43,089 bases of DNA, taken from the NCBI RefSeq assembly GCF_001194135.2, contig NC_068982.1:24726526-24769614 (forward strand), read 5' to 3'. This document shows, piece by piece, positions 1 through 10,421 of this stretch. Each line of letters starts with the position of its first letter. Within the stretch, counting starts at the first letter, position 1. Made by a program: the position numbers and the translations under genes. The notes beneath the pieces are model-generated. The model searched no databases and had not been told where the DNA came from. It worked only from the letters and a program-made list of their open reading frames with translations. This DNA comes from Octopus bimaculoides (Eukaryota).

Positions 1-4
1 ATAT

Positions 5-59
<55 letters not shown>
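1..59. repeat. (GATA)n tetranucleotide microsatellite
   Basis: Directly visible run of agat/gata units at the window start. Confidence 0.95.
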
Positions 60-981
60 CACAGTCATGTGTGCGTTCCTTTACGTCTGTGTGAGTATGT
101 GTGTGCGCGTATTTTTTTAGTGAGTGTGTGTGTGTGTGTGCGTGGGTCTCTGTATGCGTGTGCTATTTATCATATATTGAATGCTATATGACATTTCGAT
201 ATAGATGTCTTTGTATTCTGTGTGCGTGACATTTCTACATTTTACATATAATACAAATGTCATAAATCAGCGTAATAAATCACAAATCTCGGTGATATAG
301 ATGCGCATTTTAGAACAGAATTATAACTGCTGAGGGGACGTGGCGTGCTAGAAGCCAACATAAAAGTATTTTCACATGCCTCAAATTACAAATGCAAAAT
401 TCAAACGCACACAAGTGTGTTCATTTTAATTCTTTCTGGCTCAGGCCATTTTAGCATCATCATTTATAATATGTGCGTAAAAAATTTATGAAAAACATTT
501 CAAATGTGTTACACAGTCACACATGGTTAAATAACATGATCTTAGGAATAAACTCTAAGATCGTCTACTTTGTTTAGGCAACTATTACATACATGCGTCG
601 TAATAGAACAAATGGTGAACCACCGAAATTCCTACCAATCAGATCAAATGTTCTTGAATGCTGATCCCATCAGTTTAAAGTACAGGGCATTTATCACACT
701 TAATAATGCGACATCGTAGCTATCTAATTTTGTGAAAGTATAGCGTATTGGAATAATGACATGTCGTAGTACAATTATACAATATAAATAAAAAATAATA
801 TACCCTCTTCAAAAATAAACGCATGAGTAATGAAGAGACAAAATTATCCAGTGAGATCAATCTTTTCATTACGCATCTGCCGGGAATCTCAGAAAAAAAA
901 CAGTATTATGAAAACATGCTAACCAACAAATGTATAAATCAAATGTATATTAATAAGGATATATATATATATATATATATA

Positions 982-1402
982 NNNNNNNNNNNNNNNNNNN
1001 NNNNNNNNNNNNNNNNNNNNNNNNNNNNNNNNNNNNNNNNNNNNNNNNNNNNNNNNNNNNNNNNNNNNNNNNNNNNNNNNNNNNNNNNNNNNNNNNNNNN
1101 NNNNNNNNNNNNNNNNNNNNNNNNNNNNNNNNNNNNNNNNNNNNNNNNNNNNNNNNNNNNNNNNNNNNNNNNNNNNNNNNNNNNNNNNNNNNNNNNNNNN
1201 NNNNNNNNNNNNNNNNNNNNNNNNNNNNNNNNNNNNNNNNNNNNNNNNNNNNNNNNNNNNNNNNNNNNNNNNNNNNNNNNNNNNNNNNNNNNNNNNNNNN
1301 NNNNNNNNNNNNNNNNNNNNNNNNNNNNNNNNNNNNNNNNNNNNNNNNNNNNNNNNNNNNNNNNNNNNNNNNNNNNNNNNNNNNNNNNNNNNNNNNNNNN
1401 NN
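982..1402. other. Assembly gap (first of 13; others at 9583-10242, 11245-11608, 12738-12747, 16176-16318, 17136-17260, 21881-22467, 23280-24077, 25769-25901, 28459-28912, 32835-32844, 34292-34324, 40682-41170)
   Basis: Runs of N, most flanked by (TA)n, (CA)n or homopolymer runs. Confidence 0.99.
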
Positions 1403-2536
1403 ATATATATATATATATATATAGTGATATATACACATATATCACATATTCATTAGAGACTATTTGAAATACACCTACATTCTGGTCTGAAAGTTATGCC
1501 ATTCCATTTAAACCCACACATCTGAAATATTGTGAAAATTGTTATATATTTTTCTTCCGGTCAAATGCACTGTATTATGGGTTTCTGGGCTCTCATATAT
1601 GTAATGATCTATGCATATGCTTATAATCTATAATGTGTTATATTTAGATGGATAAACAGAAAGAGAAATTGAAATCATCATAGAAGGCTGCATGCACATA
1701 CAGATTTATCATTTACATTTTTACGTAGTTAGATGCGTTTGATAGAAGAGATAATTGATTGATTTCCTGAGTTTTAACTAATTACACAGTATTGGAAGAA
1801 TTAAAAGCTTTCAGAATTTCGAGACAAATAACCATAAGTTGTTTTCATTGTATTGAAACGGATTACGGTTCAATGAATGAAGAAATCGGAATAGGAAATT
1901 CGCCAATAAAGAGAATATCATCAATATAACACTGTGATTGAACACTGCACTGACCTGGTCGAATAGGCTGTCACATAATTTCATGCCTAAATATTACTAA
2001 AGTGTATTCAGTCAAGTGACAAATTCGTATAAATTGCAGTAATGATTCTATAGACACCAACTAGCAATAAGTATGCCAATATTTAGACTGTGTTTGATCT
2101 CTAAGTGTGCACCAAGAAATAATATAGATTCTGCTTAATGAGCACATTCATAGAAATGTATGCATTTGTCCAACGGAGAAAGCAACAATAACCAAGACAA
2201 TTGTTCTCGATTCCCAATTCTATACAACTGCTTCTGAATAAAGTTAGATATTTTAGATATTTAGATTGAATGCATTTTAAACCTTCAATGTTCACGTACA
2301 CATGTTGGACAAATAGAGGCACGTTAAACTAAATCCTTCTATATCGTTAGTATTGTCTAGATAATTGAGCGTTCGTTCATATATGACAGACCGGTTGATA
2401 TTATAACAAAAGAACAAAGGAAGTGTTATATTCAATTGAATATTACATCTCTATTTTCTACCATGGCATTCACAGAAATAAGCACACACACACATATACG
2501 GATTAAATGCGTGTATTTGTGTAAGTAAGTATTTAT

Positions 2537-2757
2537 ATGTGTGTGTGTGCATGTGAGTATGTTTTTGTGTGTGTGTATATGTGTGTTTGTATGTGTCTGT
2601 GTGTGCGCGTATGTGTATGTGTGTGCGTATGTGTATGTGTGTACGTGTGTATATGTGCAGGAATTAGCACCATGACAAATTGCTTGCAGCTCTCTCTCAC
2701 TCTCTCTCTCTCTCTTTCACTCTCTCTCTCTCTCTTTCACTCTCTCTCTCTCACTCT

Positions 2758-2814
<57 letters not shown>
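2537..2814. repeat. Compound (TG)-rich then (CT)n microsatellite
   Basis: Degenerate TG repeat ~2537-2655 and (CT)n ~2690-2814, directly visible. Confidence 0.92.
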
Positions 2815-2818
<4 letters not shown>

Positions 2819-3325
2819 TAGAACAAGAACGGCTCAAGCAACACCTTCATGAGGTGAAAACAACGGTGACAATGAAATTCGTGGAAAGAGGAGAGTTAGT
2901 GACGATAGCAAAAAGGACAAATAGTTTACTACATGTGTCCCAATCATGGGATGTGAAAGGAGACCTGGGAGAAAAACTACACTTTTCCAATGAAGAGATG
3001 CAATTGTGGCTTTTTCCAGCTATGGCAGGCTGTAGTTCGGTTGTTCAGTCAGTATGGAGGATGCTTACAGCCATTGGAATGACTGGAAAAGAATGATGGT
3101 TATGCACAGGGTGGTAGAGGCAAAACAATGAGTCTATTGCATTTTATGTAGCAAGAGATAAGAGTTAAGCAGGAAGCCAGCAGGAGATGGCGAGCAGTGA
3201 TTTAGCCACCTCTGCTGATTCACCAACGGGAAGGTGTTAAGGTCCAGGGTCGAAATATCTGACGGTCGCTGGATATTGTCTGATGTTATCTGTCCCTCCT
3301 GGCCAAAGCTCTATTCACTTTGGTG
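2815..3325 (+). mobile_element. 5'-truncated, internally deleted 3' end of a HERO-like RLE-type non-LTR retrotransposon (ORF C-terminus plus 3' UTR)
   Basis: Translation TLEQER...MKFVERGE...SQSWDVKGDLGEKLHF then WLFPAMAGCSSVVQSVWRMLTAIGMTGKE resembles the HERO-type C-terminus (LEQER..FV..GE..W....DL...L.FP and WLFPVEVGCRGF..QSVWR.L..LG..G). The PD..ELT.PWE nuclease core between these blocks is missing. Followed by a GC-richer 3' UTR-like tail. Confidence 0.7.
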
Positions 3326-4584
3326 AGTAGAAAAATGCACCTTCTACTTGTTATCAATAACATGATATTTATGAATTGGAAATAAAATGTATTTTGAACG
3401 CATGTTCGTTTCTTCCTTGGACCTAATTTTACGGATGATTCGGACAATTGCCCCATCTATCTGATATCGTCGATAAATTTGGTGATATAGGAAACGACAG
3501 TAAAATTTGCAAAGCAGAAACCATAACATGCAAATATAACAATTTTGAGAAAGAAACAATTTCCACTGCAATGAAATGATATAATGCCCTAGTTCAGCAA
3601 ACTCGTATTTGTAGAATAGAAAATCATAGTACATATGTTCAAGATTGCTAGACAGGTTTCATAAATCAAATCTACGTAAGATTTTCAAAAACCTGTAAGG
3701 ACAGACAATCCAAAAAATAATTCTAAGTACTGAATTGAGTCTGATGACATGTCATCTTTAGCGCCAGTCAAATACTCATCATCGAAAGGGTTCAGTGAAA
3801 AGGAAATCAGAAGATGGAAAATGCAAGAAGGAACAGTCGCTAGAAGTGTTGAAACCGGACAACGCATGAGAATCATGTTGATCAAAACGACACACTTGTT
3901 CACACCCACATGCTTGTTCACACATAGACATTGGCTTCATACAGACTTATACTTACGCGCACGCACGCACACACACACACAGACACACACACACACACAT
4001 GCCAAGTCATTGTTGTTTTCCTTACCACCTACGCCACAAACTAACTTCTGGTATTTTCAACATGCTTTGGCCCTTTAAATCAGACACGACTGGATTGCTG
4101 TGTTCGATACTTTATTTCAGCTAACTTTGTTTCACCGTCTCCGAGTTCGGTTCTGACGAAACAGTGAACAGACAAAAAGCTATCCTTATTTGTGTTTCCT
4201 TCAATCATACGCGTTCATCCAGTATCTTAATGCAAACTATAACTAAATGTTCCTTGAGAAGAATGACAACTGCTCTTGGAAGTTCTCTAAGATTGTTGAG
4301 GGCATGAAAATCAAAGCTATGTCTCCTTGAACATTTAACTGTTAAAATATCATGTCTGAACTTTACATGAAGTTCTGGTGTCTTTGGCACTATGACGTGG
4401 CGCCCAGTTTAACGGCCGTTATACGTTTGAGTTCCTAATCAGATGCTAGAAGTTCCAGAATATTATGTCTGTGTGTGTATGTATGTGCACGCGAGCGTGT
4501 CTGTGCATTTGTGTGTGTTTGCATGTATTTGTGTATGTATATTTGTGTATGTGAGTATGTGTGTATGTGTATGTGTGTCAGAGA

Positions 4585-4873
4585 GGGCGTGTGACTCTAT
4601 GGATAGGGTGTTACATCACGGTCGGTAGAGCATGGACGCGGTTTTCTGACTTAATGATGCGTTGTAATCTTGGGCAAAGCCTTTCATTTCATGTTGTTTC
4701 AGTTGGCTAAGCTATAAATGAGTATTCTTGTGACAGATTACTCTTCAGGTCAGGGAGAATATTGGTAACCAGTTGAGTGATGTCATTGAAAAGCTAAAAC
4801 AATGTAAAGCGCATTGTGATCCACGATGTATAACAGCATCTGATAGTATAATCGATCACGTGATCACATGATC
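4585..4873 (+). mobile_element. Degraded tRNA-derived SINE with CORE/V-like central domain
   Basis: Head gggcgtgtgactctatggataggg (decayed A box), central tcttgggcaaagcctttcatttcatgttgtttcag, tail gctaaaacaatgtaaagcgcattgtga...gatcacgtgatcacatgatc. The head and centre are related to the copy at 9247. Confidence 0.7.
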
Positions 4874-4995
4874 ATATATATGTATGCTTATCGTTCGTGT
4901 ATGTCTATCGTTGGGTCTAGGGACTAGAACCTCACTCTTTTTATTTTCTTGTGAATTACTTCTGTTGCAAAGAGACAATCTTATCGCTTTAGCAG

Positions 4996-5104
4996 TGTTG
5001 CTAGTAAATGTTGCTAGTAAATGGTGCTAGTAAATGTTGCTAGTAAATGTTGCTAGTAAGTGTTGCTAGTAAATGTTGCTAGTAAGTGTTGATAGTAAAT
5101 GTTG
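4996..5104. repeat. 13-bp minisatellite (TGTTGCTAGTAAA), 8 copies plus a partial
   Basis: Units counted at 4996, 5009, 5022, 5035, 5048, 5061, 5074 and 5087, with at most one substitution each. Confidence 0.95.
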
Positions 5105-5151
5105 AGTATGTAACTCTTTGTATTGCGAGTATTTATTAAGTGAAAAATATT

Positions 5152-5593
5152 GTTTTCTACTCGAGGCACAAGGCCCGAATTTTTTCTTTTTCCTTTTTTG
5201 AAGGGGGGAGGGTCGATTAGATCGACCCCAGTATGCAACTGGTACTTAATTTACCGAGTCCAAAAGAATGAAAGGCAAAGTCTACCTCGGTGGAATTTGA
5301 ACTGAGAACGTAAAGACAGACGAAATACCGCTAAGCATTTCGCCCGGCGTGCTAACGTTTCTTATTTCTTTATTGCCTACAAGGGGCTAAACATAGAGGG
5401 GACAAACAAGGACATACGAAGGGATTAAGTCCATTACATCGACCCCAGTGCGTAACTGGTACTTAATTTATCGACCCCGAAAGGATGAAAGGCAAAGTCG
5501 ACCTCGGCGGAATTTGAACTCAGAACATAACAGCAGACGAAATACCGCTAAGCACTTCGCCCGGCGTGCTAACGTTTCTGCCAGCTCGCCGCC
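5152..5593 (-). mobile_element. Dimeric tRNA-derived SINE with 19-bp target-site duplication
   Basis: The minus strand starts GGCGGCGAGCTGGCAGAAACGTTAG (A box) with a GTTCAAATTCC B box. Two near-identical bodies (5362-5593 and 5152-5361) have different tails. Perfect flanking repeat TTATTAAGTGAAAAATATT at 5133-5151 and 5594-5612. Confidence 0.92.
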
Positions 5594-5757
5594 TTATTAA
5601 GTGAAAAATATTAGAAAATAATGCGATAGATAGCATGTCTTTTTATTATAAAAGATCATTGCTTAATTGTTTACTCATTTTTTTTAATGTATTGTTATGC
5701 GTGCGGTGCGCAATATGTAGGACATTGTAATCCAGTTATTACATCTGCATGTAAGTA

Positions 5758-6629
5758 TTAGGTCATCCCATAGATAATGAGGTTTTTAAAAGGATGAACT
5801 AAAAGTCGGAGGAGGACGGGACAAACTACCTGCATCTACTTGCTATAAAAGCAGGTAGTAATTTTACCTTGTCCTTATTCTTAGTGCAAGTTTTGAAGAG
5901 TGTAGTTCGATTTTAACAGTTATTTTTTCAAAGCTATAGTGGAAGTGACAAAGAAGCATATTCGGCATATTTTGTTTTACGAGTTCAATGAAGGCAACAT
6001 CGCAAATAAAATGCGGGGAATTTTAATGTAGTATATGGGGATGGAAACTACAGCCTAGAAGATAAGCCTCGTCCTGGAAGATGTGTAGAAATCGACGAGG
6101 ACGTGCAGCAAACCGTGGTGGAACAAAATCTCATCGTAACTGTTGTGGAACTAGCAGAGTATCATGAATTTGGTCATTTACCCAGACATTCTAATCAGCC
6201 CATGGAGAAAAACGACCATCTTTAGCTTCAAGACGAAAGGTGTTCTTCCAGCAGGATAATGCTCGGTCACATACAACGAGGATGACATTCCAAAAGCTGG
6301 AGCAGTTTGAATGGAAAACGATGACCCAGCCGCCATATTATTCGGCGGACACTGTCCTAGCTGATTAACATTTATTCCGCGGTCTTTAAAATTATTTGGA
6401 CGGAAAAAATATGAATTCTGTAGACAAGGTCAGCACAGTAATGGAAGAGTATTTTTCGCCTCGGACAAGCGAATTTTTGAAGCGAGAAATTGCAAGTGTA
6501 CCAGATAGATAGAAGAGCATTGCAGAAATGATGGAGAGTATAGTTTAGATTAAAAAAGAACTTTGTTTATCTTAATTTTGAAAACTAAAAGAAATATTAG
6601 GAAACGGCATTATATATGGGATGACCCAA
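5758..6629 (+). mobile_element. Internally deleted mariner (Tc1/mariner) transposon relic
   Basis: TIRs 5758-5785 and 6602-6629 match at 24/28 nt; left TA flank intact. Decayed transposase: EVTKKHIRHILFYEFNEG, YSLEDKPRPGR, QQDNARSHT, QPPYYSADTVLAD*HLFRGL, NDGEY. At 872 bp it is shorter than a ~1.3-kb full element, and the WVPH region and first catalytic Asp are missing. Confidence 0.9.
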
Positions 6630-8124
6630 TTACTAAAGCAGGTTGGCATTGATGTTTTATTAGTATTTTAGGCAATATATTGCAGGATTTGTAGCCTCAG
6701 AATACAGAGCATAGATCCGGTAGTGGATGAAGAGATGTAAATCTAAATAAATAATCTAAAACGGGTAGTCTAGATACAGTAGAACAATAACAAAAACTGT
6801 CCAAGTTAGGCAGAGATATAACTGGAATTTGGGACAATCATAAATTATGTTCAGAAAGTATACAATAGATGCTGGATTATATTAAAATCCTGTACCCTTT
6901 TTATACTTAGAGATTGATAGAGATTCTTGAGTTTTAAGGGAGATATTTTATTGATTGTTTTTGCAGTCAGTTATTTAAAGTGGACATGGAAAAGGTTAAT
7001 TGTGTCAGGTTTAAATATATGGTAAAATCTTTCGTTAGTAAATCTATTGGTAAAATTTATGGGTGTGAAACTTAACAGTAATAAGACACATTGCTACTTC
7101 GTATTAAGAGTAGCAAAAAACTGGGCGGTGCAATGATATGTTGTTTATTTACAGCAAGTCTTCATTATAAACTGGTTTCCGAGATAATTGCTTTGGCTTT
7201 GGCTTCTGTGATGCCGTTTGTCCGAATCCTGCTAATATAACGCGGGCATGGTTACACGTGTGATTTGAATGTTATCGTAAATGATGATATAAGAAGGCCA
7301 AAGTGGACGGTTACCAAATATATGTAACTATGAAGCATAAGCAGGCATAGACTGGATGAAGTAACCTTGAAATCGATTGGCAAACTTATAGTTATATTAA
7401 TTCTTGAATAGATAGTTAAAGAGTAAGCTTTCGAAAATTAGAGTAAACGGGTAATTAGTTTGCCATTGGAAGAGATTAGAAGAATGATTTGGATGAGAGG
7501 AAATTAATTAGACTTTAAGGAATATAAGAATGAATTGCAAGATAAATATATGATGATAGCATTCGGTAAGGGTGCAGGCAATTTTATGATTGCAGGTACA
7601 AATACTATTTCATGGTATTAAGTTACAAATTAGTGTTAGAAGCTGATTTAAAGGGTATAACACTTAAATGATGGTACCTAACATTATGTACGATTTAGTA
7701 AAATGTTTATGCTTGATGTTGAAAGATTGACTACCTTCATCGTAAATAAGAAAGAAAATTATTTCGATTTCAATCTGATATCAAAATTACATAAGACCCC
7801 CACTTCCCCAAACAGTAGATTTATTGCTATTGCTAGAAACATATGTCTATATTACAGCATTAAATACTTGTAAAGTGGCTTTGTACATTACTGAAGAGTA
7901 TTTTAGATAATTTGGGTGGTAGCTTATTATGGAGTATAAGGCTCAGTAATAAGATTTTGTAAAATCCCTCAAAAGTCAAATTAGAAGATTGCATATAAAT
8001 GATTTCTATATATACTGTACACCAATCTAGATTTTAAAATGGTAAAAAGGGTAAAAGATAATATATTTAGTTATCTTGATTAGTGCTTGTTAAAGGTTAT
8101 CGATATATATCCATATATTTATTT

Positions 8125-8207
8125 ATTTATGCGTTACAGTCAAGTGGCTGTGGTCATGCTGGAGCACCATCATGAAAGGTTTTCTAACGAAGAATAAGTA
8201 TACTTGT
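8125..8207 (-). mobile_element. 3' tail fragment of the microsatellite-containing SINE family
   Basis: cagtcaagtggctgtggtcatgctggagcacc resembles the tail of the copies at 15921 and (reverse complement) 22468-22632. Confidence 0.6.
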
Positions 8208-9246
8208 TCAAATAAAAGTAGATTAAAGGAGATGGTCAATGTTATCAGTACTAAGGCACACATCGCTATAGAAGGCAGAATATTTTAAACAATGTAAGGG
8301 TATTCGGATGGTTGGTAGTTGTAGCGTGAATTTAGTTTCCGTAATGATTTATAGCAACGGAAAACGATAAGTTTAATTAAACAACTTCCTAGCTGTTGCA
8401 GATATATTGATATTTTTATTTCTATCACCAATTATTCTGAAAATATGCTAGAGAATATTTATAGAGAACATCTCGTAGCTGATAGAAACGAGAACAAGGT
8501 AGACGAGGTTACCCTCTTACTTCTTAAGATAGTTTGCATGGATAAAAATGCCTGCTATTAGTATTGATAATAAAATTGATTGCATCAATCTTCCTATTGC
8601 ATTCTTGCCATTGGAATTAAGTATATTTTAGTTAAGAGTAGAGTACAAAGTGTTTTTCAGTGAAATTCTTTGATATAATACGATTATATACTAGTTTTAA
8701 ATATTCTTGGGAATACTTTAAAATGCTAATGATAAGTTTTGTTAAGATTATTATTTAAAAGCATTTAATCGTTGCATAATGAAACTCTTGGAAAGTTTAT
8801 CATAATTCTTAATTAATGTTTTGTGTATGTTTTTTGGAGTGATCAGTTGCAATTATCGTTAACTGTAATACTTTCATAGATTGTCGGTAGGTTATTATAT
8901 CAGTCTGGATTATTCTGCGCAACGTGACATTTAGTTGAGTCTATATTTATTAAATTTTACATGGAAAAAGTTGACAGTGATTCAGTATGTCAGGAAGCTA
9001 ACCGTAATCAAATTGTTGGATAAAGAGGGAGCAAATACAAACATCGCAATTTCTGTCAATGATTTCATTCCAAACCTAATCGATACACATATATGTAAGT
9101 ATGTATGTATGTAGGTAGGTAGGTATTACACAGGTATGTATATATGTATGTATGGATGGATGCATGCATGCACGCATGTATGTATGTACGTATGTATACA
9201 TACATATATATGTGCATGCGTGTGTGTCTGTGTTTGTGACTGTAAA

Positions 9247-9582
9247 GGCACATGGCTCAGTGTTTAGAGCGTCGAGCTGACAATCATGAGATATTGAGTT
9301 TGATTCTCGAACCGGGCTGTGTATATGTGTTCTTGAGAAAGACACTTTTAGTTCACGTTGCTCCAGTTCCTCAGTTGTAGAAATGGGTTTCGATGTCACT
9401 GGTGCCAAGACGATTCGGCCTTTGCCTTTACCTCGGATAACATCGGTGACGTGGAGATGGGAGCCTGTTTTGCAAGGGCGACTGCTGGTCTTCCATAAAC
9501 AACCGTGCCCACATTTGTGCCCCTGAGTGGAACTTTCGAGGTACAATTTCCTATTCATACATGACCGAGGGGTTTTACCCTA
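9247..9582 (+). mobile_element. Near full-length tRNA-derived SINE with CORE/V-like central domain
   Basis: A box TGGCTCAGTGTTTAG, decayed B box gagttttgattc, central gtgttcttgagaaagacacttttagttcacgttgctccagttcctcagttgtagaaatggg. Runs into a gap at 9583. Confidence 0.85.
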
Positions 9583-10290
9583 NNNNNNNNNNNNNNNNNN
9601 NNNNNNNNNNNNNNNNNNNNNNNNNNNNNNNNNNNNNNNNNNNNNNNNNNNNNNNNNNNNNNNNNNNNNNNNNNNNNNNNNNNNNNNNNNNNNNNNNNNN
9701 NNNNNNNNNNNNNNNNNNNNNNNNNNNNNNNNNNNNNNNNNNNNNNNNNNNNNNNNNNNNNNNNNNNNNNNNNNNNNNNNNNNNNNNNNNNNNNNNNNNN
9801 NNNNNNNNNNNNNNNNNNNNNNNNNNNNNNNNNNNNNNNNNNNNNNNNNNNNNNNNNNNNNNNNNNNNNNNNNNNNNNNNNNNNNNNNNNNNNNNNNNNN
9901 NNNNNNNNNNNNNNNNNNNNNNNNNNNNNNNNNNNNNNNNNNNNNNNNNNNNNNNNNNNNNNNNNNNNNNNNNNNNNNNNNNNNNNNNNNNNNNNNNNNN
10001 NNNNNNNNNNNNNNNNNNNNNNNNNNNNNNNNNNNNNNNNNNNNNNNNNNNNNNNNNNNNNNNNNNNNNNNNNNNNNNNNNNNNNNNNNNNNNNNNNNNN
10101 NNNNNNNNNNNNNNNNNNNNNNNNNNNNNNNNNNNNNNNNNNNNNNNNNNNNNNNNNNNNNNNNNNNNNNNNNNNNNNNNNNNNNNNNNNNNNNNNNNNN
10201 NNNNNNNNNNNNNNNNNNNNNNNNNNNNNNNNNNNNNNNNNNTATATCAAGTAATGTTTGTTGCAACTTCAACATGGCTGTTCGGTACGG

Positions 10291-10314
10291 ACAGACAGTC
10301 AGATAGATAGATAT

Positions 10315-10354
<40 letters not shown>

Positions 10355-10358
10355 ATAA

Positions 10359-10420
<62 letters not shown>

Positions 10421-10421
10421 G
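10291..10421. repeat. (GATA)n microsatellite
   Basis: Directly visible. Confidence 0.93.

Larger units (their letters stand above)
5613..8880 (+). mobile_element. Highly decayed Penelope-like retroelement with GIY-YIG upstream of RT (Naiad-type order), interrupted by a mariner and a SINE fragment
   Basis: Manual translation: CYACGAQYVG (5693-5722), Y*YFRQ and DL*PQNTEH after the mariner, WIILK/ILYPFILRD (~6873-6912, cf. WI..L.T.YP.GLND), HGYTCDLNVIVNDDIRRPKW (~7247-7306), ELQDKYMMIAFGKGAGNF (~7532-7584), KLHKTP..SRFIA (~7784), a DF..LYTNL-like block (~8003-8030) and RYID (~8400). Many stops and frameshifts; boundaries are approximate. Confidence 0.7.

Noticed and set aside
3245-3290. GAAA...CTGATG with a short hairpin in the HERO 3' UTR, a possible permuted hammerhead
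   Set aside because: Core incomplete (CTGATGT), no stem I and no stem II pairing.
4128-4162. GTC-ccga/tcgg hairpin-CTGACGA-AAC, hammerhead-like
   Set aside because: No stem II and no separate GAAA after the core.
2101-4390. LRR- or GPCR-like snippets on the minus strand (LKYLTLF, FHALNNLREL, LLATVPSCIFHLL)
   Set aside because: Isolated short matches with no LxxLxLxxN periodicity, frequent stops and no consistent splice structure.
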